Origin: an uncultured Candidatus Saccharibacteria bacterium
Lineage (GTDB): Bacteria; Patescibacteriota; Minisyncoccia; Phycocordibacterales; CAIRYW01
Direction: 5' to 3'
DNA: 64,000 nucleotides
Assembly: GCA_964386665.1 (NCBI GenBank)
Contig: CAYLQP010000001.1
Location: forward strand, 48,111 to 112,110
Shown here: positions 40,285 to 50,592 of the stretch, piece after piece
Numbering within the stretch: the stretch's first letter is position 1
Layout of the letters: each line of letters begins with the position of its first letter
Position numbers and translations under genes: made by a program
The notes under the pieces: model-generated
The model's input: the letters and a program-made list of their open reading frames with translations, nothing else
What the model was told of the DNA's origin: nothing
Databases searched by the model: none

Positions 40285-40485
40285 TAATAAAAAATAGATC
40301 CTTTTTAAAAGAGTGGGCATCTTCATTCTTTTCAAGAAATTTTTAGATAAAAAAAAGAAGTTTGATTTACAAACTTCATTCTAAAAAGAACACCTTTGGT
40401 GCAGCGGCGATCGTGTAGACGACGATAAGCACCCATACGGAGATAAAAAAAGGATCATGCATAGAAAGAAAATACCACAAAACTC

Positions 40486-41721
40486 ATGAATTTGCAAAGC
40501 TTTCAAAAGACCAAATTACCTGATGCACCTGGAGTGTATTTCTTTTTAAATGCGCAAAAAAAACCTCTCTACATTGGTAAAGCAACCAGTCTCAAAGATC
40601 GGGTGAAAAGTTATTTTGCAAAAGACATTGAAATGGTTCGTAGTCCCTTGATCGCAAAGATGGTTCTCGAAGCAAAAAATATAGAAGTGAAAGAAACAAA
40701 ATCCGTTCTTGAGGCGCTTCTTCTTGAAGCTGATTTAATAAAGAAATTCAAACCAAAATATAATACAAAAGAAAAAGATGACAAAAGTTTTAATTGCATT
40801 GTCATAACAGAAGAAGCGTTTCCACAACTGCTCATTATTCGTAAAAAAGACATTGACTTCAAAACACTAAAAGCTAATAGCCAAAAGCTAAAGGCTATCT
40901 ATGGTCCATTTACAAACGGGGGTCAACTGCGAGTTGCTTTGCGTTTGATACAAAAGATCTTTCCATTTCGAGATGAGAAGTGTCATCTCGATTCAAAGCG
41001 TCCTTGTTTTAACTTCACACTCGGGCTTTGTCCTGGTACATGTGTTGGCAAAGTAACAAAACAAGAATATGCACAGACCATCAAACAAATAACAAAGTTA
41101 CTTTCAGGAAATATTTCTGGTGTAGCAGCTGATATGACCAAAGAGATGAATACAAAAGCAAAAGAACAGAAGTTTGAAGAAGCCAAGAAACTCCGAGATA
41201 AGATATATGCCCTTGAACATATCAACGATATTTCACTCATTAAAGAAGAGGTAAAAGAGGATGTGTCAAAGAAAAAATTCCGGATTGAAAGTTTTGATAT
41301 TGCTCATATGATGGGTAAGGATATGGTTGGGGCGATGGTGGTAATGGAAGATGGGGAACTTTATAAAAAAGAATACAAAAAGTTTATTATAAAAACCTGT
41401 GATAATGCTAATGATCCAAAAGCACTCCGTGAAGTGCTTACAAGGCGGTTTAACCATCCAGAATGGACATTTCCAGATATGCTTGTGGTGGATGGTGGAA
41501 CAGCTCAAGTAAATGTTGCGTATGAAATAGTTCACACTCTCGGTCTGACGATTCCTGTTGTTGCGGTGGTAAAAGATAATCATCATAAGGCAAAAGGGAT
41601 TCTAGGAAGAGAGGATTTGGTCAAAAAATACAAAAAAGAAATCATACGTATTAATGCAGAGGTGCATCGTGTTGCGATTGGTTTTCATAAGCAAAGACGA
41701 AAAAAGAGTTTTCTTCCTTAG
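40486..41721 (+). CDS. uvrC: excinuclease ABC subunit C, lacking the C-terminal HhH domain
   Basis: GIY-YIG domain (GVYFFLN..KPLYIGKAT), UVR domain and the RNase-H-like endonuclease domain (FDIAHMMG). It ends at 411 aa, where the (HhH)2 domain would begin. Confidence 0.88.
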   Translation: MNLQSFQKTKLPDAPGVYFFLNAQKKPLYIGKATSLKDRVKSYFAKDIEMVRSPLIAKMVLEAKNIEVKETKSVLEALLLEADLIKKFKPKYNTKEKDDKSFNCIVITEEAFPQLLIIRKKDIDFKTLKANSQKLKAIYGPFTNGGQLRVALRLIQKIFPFRDEKCHLDSKRPCFNFTLGLCPGTCVGKVTKQEYAQTIKQITKLLSGNISGVAADMTKEMNTKAKEQKFEEAKKLRDKIYALEHINDISLIKEEVKEDVSKKKFRIESFDIAHMMGKDMVGAMVVMEDGELYKKEYKKFIIKTCDNANDPKALREVLTRRFNHPEWTFPDMLVVDGGTAQVNVAYEIVHTLGLTIPVVAVVKDNHHKAKGILGREDLVKKYKKEIIRINAEVHRVAIGFHKQRRKKSFLP

Positions 41722-41738
41722 TGTGTTATTATATAAAA

Positions 41739-42740
41739 ATGAATCTCAAACAAATAAGACGGTATTTTAAGAATAAAAAAACTTCATTATTACTATTGTT
41801 GTTGCTTGTTATTGTCCTATTGTTACAAATATTTTTACAACAAAAAGATGACTATAAAGGCGAATTTAGTCTCGTGGATCACACAAAACGGTTTTCAGTT
41901 GTGGTTCTTCCTGATACACAGAAGTATGCAAAAGATTTCCCTGATATTTTTTGTAAACAAACACAGTGGATTGTTGAAAACAAAGAAAAACTTAATATTG
42001 TACTTGTAAGTCAGCTTGGAGATATAGTAGATAGTGGGGCAAAATCAAAAAAAGAATGGGAAGTAGCAGTTAATTGTATGAGTAAGCTTCAAGGAGTGGT
42101 TCCGTGGGCAGTGCTTCCTGGAAATCATGATACAAATGTGGTAAGTAATAACCAGTCTGGATTTGGCTTTTATGATACATATTTCCCTAAGAGCTTATTT
42201 GGTAATATGAGTTGGTACAAAGAAGGATTTAGAAATAATCAAAATAGTTTTGTAAGTGTCGATGTGCTTGGAGTAAAACTAGGACTCGTAAGTCTCTCTA
42301 TTGAACCTGATGATGAGGTGCTGAAGTGGGCAAGTGGAGTGGTGGAGAAAAACAAAGATCATCTCTTTATTCTTTCTACTCATAAATATCTTGTTGATGA
42401 AGAAGGTCAAAGAGACGAAGGGCTTGATTTTAGTAACAACGGCAATGATGGTGAAGCGATTTGGCAAAAGCTCGTAAAGAAAAATTGCGAAGTAAGATTG
42501 GTTCTTTCTGGACATTTTCACAAAACAGATGGAGAAGATGTTCGAATAGATAAAAACGATTGTGGAGAAGATGTTACGCAAACAATTCAAGATTATCAAG
42601 CTCGTGAACTTGGTGGTAACGGAAGACTTCGTGTGTATATATTTACACCAAAAGCAAAGAGTGTAGAAGTAAAGACGTATTCACCATATACCGATACCTT
42701 TGAAATCGATGCTGATAGTGAGTTTGAGTTTATTTATTGA
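41739..42740 (+). CDS. calcineurin-like metallophosphoesterase with N-terminal TM anchor
   Basis: GDIVD, LPGNHD and GHFH metallophosphatase motifs. N-terminal poly-Leu hydrophobic segment. Confidence 0.7.
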   Translation: MNLKQIRRYFKNKKTSLLLLLLLVIVLLLQIFLQQKDDYKGEFSLVDHTKRFSVVVLPDTQKYAKDFPDIFCKQTQWIVENKEKLNIVLVSQLGDIVDSGAKSKKEWEVAVNCMSKLQGVVPWAVLPGNHDTNVVSNNQSGFGFYDTYFPKSLFGNMSWYKEGFRNNQNSFVSVDVLGVKLGLVSLSIEPDDEVLKWASGVVEKNKDHLFILSTHKYLVDEEGQRDEGLDFSNNGNDGEAIWQKLVKKNCEVRLVLSGHFHKTDGEDVRIDKNDCGEDVTQTIQDYQARELGGNGRLRVYIFTPKAKSVEVKTYSPYTDTFEIDADSEFEFIY

Positions 42741-42800
42741 CTTTTATAATTTTTTCTGTTTAAATTTAATCGGGTCTAAACCAAACCCGATCTTTGATTT

Positions 42801-43169
42801 ATGAGAAAAATAACGTTTCTTCTTGGTGCTATCTTTGGGATGGCCCTTATTTTGATTTGTGTTTGGGTAGGACAAAGGCTGCAGGTTCCTGACTCGGCAA
42901 ATCATGCAGGGGTAGTGTTTCGGACACATTATGCCCAGTATGTTCCTGACGGAAAAGGGGGTGAGGAAATGTTGGTGATAGCGATTGATGAGAGAAAGAT
43001 CGCTGACCTGCCTTTCAGTAAGGTAGAACCGTATCTAGTTTTTCGGGTAAGCCACCCCGAAGGAACTGACCACGGATACCCGCCGTTGCGATTCACTTTC
43101 AGTGATAAGGGAGAGTTGATTACTCACAAGTACGCCAGTACTTGGGGAGAACAATCTCTGTACCCTTGA
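42801..43169 (+). CDS. hypothetical secreted/membrane-anchored protein
   Basis: 122 aa. N-terminal hydrophobic helix. GC is elevated relative to neighbours. A weak hairpin plus T-run follows at 43185-43215. Confidence 0.45.
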   Translation: MRKITFLLGAIFGMALILICVWVGQRLQVPDSANHAGVVFRTHYAQYVPDGKGGEEMLVIAIDERKIADLPFSKVEPYLVFRVSHPEGTDHGYPPLRFTFSDKGELITHKYASTWGEQSLYP

Positions 43170-43291
43170 CAGTTTGTTTCTTTTTTATGCCTGTGTTCTC
43201 GAGAGAGTACAGGTATTTTTATATATTAGATTCGATATAATACTTGTTCTTCATACCCACAAACCAGGTGTTGGTAGACCAGGTATATCAT

Positions 43292-43513
43292 TTAATTCGC
43301 AAGCACTACTACCTTTTCTCCATCGATTTCGGCAACTCCACCTTCGATTTCGATCGATTCACTTAGAGTTTTTATAAGGCCTTTTTGGAGGATGGTGATA
43401 ACGGGAATGTGATGTGGAAGAATAGTGATTTCTCCATCTTTTGCAGGCAAAGAGACTTGAGAGACTTCTCCTTCAAATTTTGTACCATCAAGTGTGTAAA
43501 TTTTTAATTGCAT
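43292..43513 (-). CDS. atpC: F1 ATP synthase epsilon subunit, N-terminal beta-sandwich only (C-terminal helices absent)
   Basis: 73 aa. Matches the epsilon N-domain (LKIYTLDG...GEITILP.H.P). Last gene of the atp operon. Confidence 0.75.
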   Translation of the reverse strand: MQLKIYTLDGTKFEGEVSQVSLPAKDGEITILPHHIPVITILQKGLIKTLSESIEIEGGVAEIDGEKVVVLAN

Positions 43514-43516
43514 AGA

Positions 43517-44914
<1,398 letters not shown>

Positions 44915-44929
44915 TTATTTAATAATTTT

Positions 44930-45859
44930 TTATTCTTGTGCTGCTAATGCTTCCTTTCCACTTACGATTTCAATCAACTCTTTGGTAATTTGTGCCTGAC
45001 GTTCTTTGTTGTACTTGATAGTAAGCTTTCCGATCATTTCTTTGGCGTTGGTTGAAGCGTTTTTCATCGCTACCATTCGAGCGGCGTGCTCCGACGCATT
45101 CGCTTCAAGGATGGAATGGAACATTTCGAGTGTTACTAGAGAAGGAACAAGCTCTTCTATTATTGCTTCTGGCGTAGGCTCAAATTTGTATTCACTTTTT
45201 CCTTGGAGATGAATGTGTTTGAACTCAGAAAAGCGTCCTGTTTCAGGAATAATGTTTTCGATTACTTGAATAAGTGTTTTTTCGTTGAGCGGGAGGAGGG
45301 GACGGTGAACAACTTCTTGTTTGAGAGCAGAGATGAAGTTTGTGTAGATCACATCTATCTTATCGAATTGTTTGCTTACAAATAAGTCGATTATAAAATC
45401 AGTAATAGGGGAAGCTTTTGAGAGAGATGCGAGATCTCCTGCACCTTCAAAGCTTTTTACTATATTGAATCCTCGTCGTTCAAAAAACTCTTTTGCTTTT
45501 TTTCCAATAGCAACTACTGAAACAGTATCTTTGTGTGCTTCTGCAAACTGCCCAGCTTTCTTGAGAACATTTGAGTTAAATGATCCAGCGAGTCCTTTAT
45601 CTGAAGAAATCACCACAAGAAGTTGTTTCTTTATGTCTCGCATTTCAAAAAGTGGGGAAGCGAGTTTTACTTTTTTTCCGATTGATTTCTCGATTTTCTT
45701 CAAGATATGAAGAGCGTAGAGTGCATACAGTCGTCCTTTGATAGCAGCGGCTTCACTCTTTCGCATCTTCACAGCAGAAACCGCCTCCATCGCTTTTGTG
45801 ATTTGCTGGATGTTTTTGGTTGTCTTTATTCGTGCTTTTATTGCTCTTCCGCCGGCCAT
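44930..45859 (-). CDS. atpG: F1 ATP synthase gamma subunit
   Basis: 309 aa. Conserved gamma N-terminal (IKTTKNIQQITKAMEAVSA) and C-terminal helices. Confidence 0.9.
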   Translation of the reverse strand: MAGGRAIKARIKTTKNIQQITKAMEAVSAVKMRKSEAAAIKGRLYALYALHILKKIEKSIGKKVKLASPLFEMRDIKKQLLVVISSDKGLAGSFNSNVLKKAGQFAEAHKDTVSVVAIGKKAKEFFERRGFNIVKSFEGAGDLASLSKASPITDFIIDLFVSKQFDKIDVIYTNFISALKQEVVHRPLLPLNEKTLIQVIENIIPETGRFSEFKHIHLQGKSEYKFEPTPEAIIEELVPSLVTLEMFHSILEANASEHAARMVAMKNASTNAKEMIGKLTIKYNKERQAQITKELIEIVSGKEALAAQE

Positions 45860-45888
45860 TTTTTATAAGAATTAGGGAATAATGAATA

Positions 45889-47412
45889 TTATTTTTTAAA
45901 ATAATTATCCCGGAAATCTACAATCGCAAGTTTGAGTGCTTCTTCGGTTTCCGCCGAAAATTCTTTTGAATCTCGAACAGTTTCGAGAAGTTTTGCATGT
46001 CGGTCGTTGAGGAAGGCAATAAACTCATTTTGGAATTTGCTGATATCGGTAACTGAAACTGTATCAAGGTAACCGTTTCCTGTTGCGTAGATAACAATAG
46101 CAATTTCGTAGAATGTTTTTGTTGCAAATTGTGGTTGCTTCAAAAGTTCAGTCATTCGTCGTCCTCGATCGAGTTGTTTTCGTGTTGTTTCGTCGAGATC
46201 TGAACCAAATTGTGCAAACGCTTCAAGTGAACGGAATTGTGCAAGGTCGAGTCGCATTTTTCCTGCTACTTTTTTCATTGCTTTTGTTTGGGCACTTGAA
46301 CCTACTCGAGAAACCGAAAGTCCGGCATTGATCGCAGGTCGAAGTCCTTTGTAGAAGAGGTCTGTTTCGAGGAAGATTTGTCCGTCAGTGATTGAGATAA
46401 CGTTTGTTGGAATATAGGCAGAGATGTCTCCGAGTTGAGTTTCGATGATTGGAAGAGCTGTGATTGATCCTCCACCGAACTCACTGTTAAGGCGACCCGC
46501 TCGTTCGAGAAGTCGTGAGTGGAGATAGAATACGTCTCCTGGGTAGGCTTCTCGTCCTGGTGGACGCTTGAGGAGAAGTGAGATTTGTCGGTATGCCCAC
46601 GCATGCTTTGAAAGATCATCGTATACTACGAGTACGTCTTTTCCTTGGTCCATAAAAAATTCTGCAATCGAACATCCTGTAAACGGTGCAAGGTATTGAA
46701 GAGATGCACTGTCAGAGGCTCCAGCAGATACGACGATAGTGTAATCCATCGCGCCTTCTTTCTTGAGTCGTTCTACAATTTGAGCTACTTTTGATTCTTT
46801 TTGTCCGATTGCGACATATACACAAATAGGAGGATTTTTTTCTTTCTTTTGGTGAATGATAGTGTCGATTGCAATTGCTGTTTTTCCAGTTTGTCGGTCT
46901 CCAATGATAAGTTGTCGTTGTCCTCGTCCAATAGGGATCATCGCATCAACTGCTGTGATACCAGTGTGAAGTGGTTGGTTTACTGACTCTCGAGTGATTA
47001 CTCCAGGAGCAATTTTTTCGAGAGGGTAAATCTTGCCGTTTGTGATTGGCTTGCCACCATCTTTTGGAATTCCAAGACCATCAACAACTCTTCCAAGAAG
47101 ATCATCTGAAGCAGTGATTGAAAGAATCTTTCCTGTGTTGGTTACTTTTGACCCTTCAACGATGTTCATTGGATCTCCAAGAACAATCGCTCCTACAAGG
47201 TCTTCTTCAAGGTTAAGTGCCACTCCCATTATTTTTTCACCTTTGCGATCTTCGAACTCAAGCATTTCAGAGTATCGAACTTGAGCAAGTCCAGAAACTC
47301 CCGCAACACCATCGGCGATCTTTGCCACACTTCCACTGTGACTTACTTTTGGATCTGTTTTGAGCAGACTGATTTCTTTTTTTAGTTCTTCGATGATGTT
47401 GTCTTTGTTCAT
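45889..47412 (-). CDS. atpA: F1 ATP synthase alpha subunit
   Basis: Walker A GDRQTGKT. 507 aa. Confidence 0.97.
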   Translation of the reverse strand: MNKDNIIEELKKEISLLKTDPKVSHSGSVAKIADGVAGVSGLAQVRYSEMLEFEDRKGEKIMGVALNLEEDLVGAIVLGDPMNIVEGSKVTNTGKILSITASDDLLGRVVDGLGIPKDGGKPITNGKIYPLEKIAPGVITRESVNQPLHTGITAVDAMIPIGRGQRQLIIGDRQTGKTAIAIDTIIHQKKEKNPPICVYVAIGQKESKVAQIVERLKKEGAMDYTIVVSAGASDSASLQYLAPFTGCSIAEFFMDQGKDVLVVYDDLSKHAWAYRQISLLLKRPPGREAYPGDVFYLHSRLLERAGRLNSEFGGGSITALPIIETQLGDISAYIPTNVISITDGQIFLETDLFYKGLRPAINAGLSVSRVGSSAQTKAMKKVAGKMRLDLAQFRSLEAFAQFGSDLDETTRKQLDRGRRMTELLKQPQFATKTFYEIAIVIYATGNGYLDTVSVTDISKFQNEFIAFLNDRHAKLLETVRDSKEFSAETEEALKLAIVDFRDNYFKK

Positions 47413-47431
47413 AATGTTGCAATTAGTGATA

Positions 47432-47806
47432 TTAATAATGTGATTTGAGTGACCTTACTTTTGTGACAAGCGAATTGTCGATGAATAATCCTTCTGTTTC
47501 TATGGTGATTCCTCCAATTAGATGAGGAGCTTTTTTTACCTTAAGGTTTACTTTTTTACCTTGAAGTGTTTTTGGAAAGTTGACTTCTTCACCTGAAGCG
47601 GTAGAGAGCACCACATCCATTTCGTTGTGTTTGGTGTTCCATTTTTTACTAAACGTTTTGATGATTTGTCCAAGTTTTGAAACTTTGTTTCCTTTTGTAA
47701 TAAGTGTTGCAAAAGCAGAAATAATGCTTTCTTGTTCTTCTTTTGAAGTTGCGTTTGAAAGCTTGTTTACGAGAAGTTCACTTATTTTTTTTGCGGAAAT
47801 GCTCAT
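47432..47806 (-). CDS. atpH: F1 ATP synthase delta (OSCP) subunit, short form
   Basis: 124 aa. The C-terminal region resembles the OSCP C-domain (GGI.IE.G...D.S). Its position between atpF and atpA supports the call. Confidence 0.7.
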   Translation of the reverse strand: MSISAKKISELLVNKLSNATSKEEQESIISAFATLITKGNKVSKLGQIIKTFSKKWNTKHNEMDVVLSTASGEEVNFPKTLQGKKVNLKVKKAPHLIGGITIETEGLFIDNSLVTKVRSLKSHY

Positions 47807-47810
47807 AAGG

Positions 47811-48320
47811 TTAGTTTTGTGATTTAGATATCTCTGCGAGTGCTTCAGTAGCTATCTTTGCTTCAACTTCTGGTGTTACGTATTTACCAATAGTTTTTTC
47901 AATTCCAACAGACACGAGAGTAGAAATCTCTTTTTTGATATCTTTGTAGAGGATTTCTCGTTCCTCTTCGAGTTTCTTTTTGGTTTCTGTGATCAGTTTT
48001 TCAGCCTCAAAGCTTGCTTGTGCGTGAAGTTTATCAGATGACTCTTTAGCAGCCTTTTGAGATGCTTCGAGCATTTTTTGACCTTCTTCTCGTGCTTCTT
48101 TGAGAATCTGTTCTTTGCTTGCTTCGATTTCTGCGAGTCTTTTGCTTATGTTTGCTCCTGCGGTGTCTGATTCTTCTTGTTTTTTTACTCGTGCATCAAG
48201 AGAGATAATTGCTGGTTTAATAGCAAATTTATACAACACAAAAGCGACGATAGAAAAGTTAACTACCTGCGCTAAAAGTGAGTGCCAGTGAACACCAAGT
48301 GAAGAGAGGATCTCTGACAT
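47811..48320 (-). CDS. atpF: Fo ATP synthase b subunit
   Basis: One N-terminal TM helix followed by a long charged coiled coil. Confidence 0.8.
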   Translation of the reverse strand: MSEILSSLGVHWHSLLAQVVNFSIVAFVLYKFAIKPAIISLDARVKKQEESDTAGANISKRLAEIEASKEQILKEAREEGQKMLEASQKAAKESSDKLHAQASFEAEKLITETKKKLEEEREILYKDIKKEISTLVSVGIEKTIGKYVTPEVEAKIATEALAEISKSQN

Positions 48321-48326
48321 TTGGGT

Positions 48327-48554
48327 TTAGATAAAGAGAATAATGAGGGCAACAACAAGTGCGTATACTGCGATCGCTTCCGTAAAGGCAATAGCAAGAA
48401 TCATTGATGATTGAACTTTTGAAGCTCCTTCTGGATTTCGTCCAATTGCTTCCATTGCTTTACTTGCAAGGTATCCAATACTGATTGCTGGACCAAACGC
48501 TCCAAGACCGATTGCTAATGCTGCTGCGAATACTTTCAAACTTTCTAGTTCCAT
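48327..48554 (-). CDS. atpE: Fo ATP synthase c subunit
   Basis: 75-aa hairpin proteolipid with a conserved carboxylate in helix 2 (AFTEAIAVY). Confidence 0.9.
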   Translation of the reverse strand: MELESLKVFAAALAIGLGAFGPAISIGYLASKAMEAIGRNPEGASKVQSSMILAIAFTEAIAVYALVVALIILFI

Positions 48555-48701
48555 TTTTTTGAAAAATTAATAATAATACGCCTATAAAAAGGCTTTTGGC
48601 AATTCTACCAAAATATCAATTTATTACAAGTTATAAGCCTATTGACTTATTTTATTAGTATGCTACTATCTTGTTAGTTTTTTGCAATTTGCTTGCTGGT
48701 A

Positions 48702-48815
48702 GGGGTGCGCAGAGATAGTCTGTGCAAAGTCAGTCAGTTGGGGGTTTCTGGCCAACCTTCACAGTCGCTCTGCGCACCCCTCACCCAAAATCAAAACTCG
48801 GACACATGCGTGTGC
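48702..48815 (-). promoter_or_regulatory. structured intergenic RNA element between atpB and atpE: 14-bp closing stem enclosing ~50 nt, plus an adjacent terminator-like hairpin
   Basis: aggggtgcgcagag...ctctgcgcacccct (48702-48778) and ctcggacacatgcgtgtgccgag (48791-48813) with T-runs on both strands. Local GC is well above the surroundings. Confidence 0.45.
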
Positions 48816-48860
48816 CGAGTTTTCTGCTTTTTATACCTAAACTTAATATACCGTCCGAAA

Positions 48861-49748
48861 CTAGTGTTCTTCGTGTTTGTGCGTTGCGCTGGCAAAAAAC
48901 ATAGTTGCGAGCACTGAGATAACAAGCGCTTGAATAAATCCAACAAAGAGTTCAAGACCAAGGAATGGAATAGGAATGATAAATGGTGCCAAGAATGAAA
49001 CAATAAGCATTAATACGCTTCCAGCAAATATGTTCCCAAATAATCGGAAAGTAAGTGAAATAACTCGAGAGATTTCTCCAATAAGCTCAAGAATACCTAC
49101 AAATGAACCCATAGGATTCTTGAAAGGGTTTACAAGGAATTTACCGAGATGGTGTTTTGGACCAATTGTTTTGAATCCGACAATATGTGACCCAAGGACA
49201 ATAATGATTGCAAAGACAAGGGTCATATTGATGTCAGAGTTTACAGTTCTAAAGAGGGGTAAAAACCTTCCGTGAGCTTCTTCTGCGTGTGCCTCCGCTT
49301 CAGTAGATACTTCTTCTGTATGACCTTCGGTTTCTGTGTGTGCTACTGGTTCTGCTTCGAGAGGAGCAGTTTCTTCTGTTTGTGTTGTATGACTTTCTTC
49401 TACAAGATGAGATTTTTCGTTTGAATATACACCGATTGTCTCAACTCCTGGAAGTGTTCCTGCCCAGTTTGAAGTCAAAACATAAAAGAAGATAGTGATA
49501 ACGATAGGAAGGAATTTCCGCACGGTTTCTTTGTTTCCGGCAAATGCAGACATAAAGTCAATAAAGCCAGTCAAAATCCCCTCAAGAGCAAAAGCAAGCT
49601 TACCGTTAGGGTATTTTTTCATATGTCTTCCAACAAACAGTGATGCGCACACAATAAACAAAACGACAAACCAAGAAGTAAAAATGGTGTTTGTGATATG
49701 AAATCCAAAGATATCAAAAAGATGTTCTGCGCCGATTGAAATATGCAT
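48861..49748 (-). CDS. atpB: Fo ATP synthase a subunit with a His/Glu/Thr-rich insertion in a loop
   Basis: Conserved C-terminal helices with the R (LTFRLFGNIFAG). A ~55-aa insertion (SHLVEESHTTQTEETAPLEAEPVAHTETEGHTEEVSTEAEAHAEEAHG) follows the first helical hairpin. Confidence 0.85.
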   Translation of the reverse strand: MHISIGAEHLFDIFGFHITNTIFTSWFVVLFIVCASLFVGRHMKKYPNGKLAFALEGILTGFIDFMSAFAGNKETVRKFLPIVITIFFYVLTSNWAGTLPGVETIGVYSNEKSHLVEESHTTQTEETAPLEAEPVAHTETEGHTEEVSTEAEAHAEEAHGRFLPLFRTVNSDINMTLVFAIIIVLGSHIVGFKTIGPKHHLGKFLVNPFKNPMGSFVGILELIGEISRVISLTFRLFGNIFAGSVLMLIVSFLAPFIIPIPFLGLELFVGFIQALVISVLATMFFASATHKHEEH

Positions 49749-49791
49749 AATGTAAAGTCAAAAGTTAAAAATCAAAATTCAAAGCTAATAA

Positions 49792-49992
49792 TTATGGGTT
49801 AAATTCCTTTATTTTCTTTTTAATTGCGAAGATGGTTGAAATGAGTGAGAGTAAGAGACCTCCGATGATACCAAAGGGTTTTGTATCAAACTTGTGATCA
49901 ACCCAGATGCCTGCAAGTAAACAGATGACAAGAGGGATAACAATAAAAGTTCCCAGTTCATAAGCAAACGATATAAGTTCAGATTTGAACAT
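49792..49992 (-). CDS. atpZ: AtpZ/AtpI-like small membrane protein preceding the atp operon
   Basis: 66 aa from the ATG at 49992 (MFKSE...). Two TM helices with a G.W.D..F.T.P motif typical of ATPase_gene1 family proteins. The track ORF extends to 50079. Confidence 0.5.
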   Translation of the reverse strand: MFKSELISFAYELGTFIVIPLVICLLAGIWVDHKFDTKPFGIIGGLLLSLISTIFAIKKKIKEFNP

Positions 49993-50140
49993 GGTTGATT
50001 GTTTACTGTCTTGTATTTGTGGGTTTTTGTCTTCTTCTGTCACAGGCCACAGTATAGTCAAAAAATGGTATTTTCGCAAATTTAAAGCAAATCAAAGACA
50101 GGGTAGAATGTCCTATTATTGAACCAGGGGTCCAACCCCT

Positions 50141-50164
50141 GGTTGGGGTTTTTGGTAAACGAAC
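50141..50164. repeat. direct repeat copy 1 (GTCCAACCCCTGGTTGGGGTTTTT), left boundary of a GC-rich island
   Basis: Near-identical to 51403-51425. Contains a small ccaacc/ggttgg hairpin. Confidence 0.6.
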
Positions 50165-50234
50165 CTAAATGTAATATTAAAAAAATCCCGCATTCATTAC
50201 TAAAAAACGGGAATTGGAGTTATCACTTTTCTCA

Positions 50235-50420
50235 TCAAGAACTGAAGCGTGGTTTGGACAAAAACCCAGGGTCTTCAGTAGCTAATTGTGCCGCGATGTC
50301 AATCAGTTCCTCAAGGTATTCCTCCAGTGTCATTGGAGGACTCGATTTTGCCGCTTTTTCAGTCAGTACCTCTTTCAGTTCCGGATCGAGTTCCAGAGTA
50401 ATTGTTCTGTTTTTAGACAT
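50235..50420 (-). CDS. ribbon-helix-helix (CopG/Arc/MetJ-like) DNA-binding protein, antitoxin-like
   Basis: 61 aa from the ATG at 50420. MSKNRTITLELDPELKEVLTEKAAK...LEEYLEELIDIAA fits the RHH beta-strand plus two-helix pattern. GC is about 50%. Confidence 0.55.
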   Translation of the reverse strand: MSKNRTITLELDPELKEVLTEKAAKSSPPMTLEEYLEELIDIAAQLATEDPGFLSKPRFSS

Positions 50421-50514
50421 GTTGAGATTTAGTTTGAAACAAAAAAAAGAAGTTGATAAGGCTTTTAGTAACATATTACATAAAATAAAAAAGTCAATAG
50501 TAAATTAGTATTGA

Positions 50515-50543
50515 TTGACGATATATATTGCATATGTTATAAT
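50515..50543 (+). promoter_or_regulatory. near-consensus sigma-70 promoter TTGACG-N17-TATAAT inside the island
   Basis: -35 at 50515-50520 and -10 at 50538-50543, upstream of the 50593 ORF. Confidence 0.5.
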
Positions 50544-50592
50544 GTTTTCTAGATAGATTGTGATGTATGTCATCACCCAATCTGTTTCGTAA

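Noticed and set aside
48702-48785. tRNA-like or RNase-P-like element in the atp spacer
   Set aside because: No cloverleaf can be drawn (14-bp closing stem, no T-loop GTTCRA, no CCA-proximal acceptor pairing). No RNase P CR-I or CR-IV motifs are present.
48693-48917. Plus-strand ORFs 48693..48917 and 48722..48904 in the atpB-atpE spacer
   Set aside because: They overlap a long inverted repeat and terminator hairpins and are antisense to the atp operon. The region is far more likely a structured RNA element.
50119-50508. 129-aa plus-strand ORF overlapping the RHH gene
   Set aside because: The minus-strand reading gives a textbook RHH fold (beta-strand followed by two helices). The plus-strand product is low-complexity Ser-rich and starts inside the flanking direct repeat.
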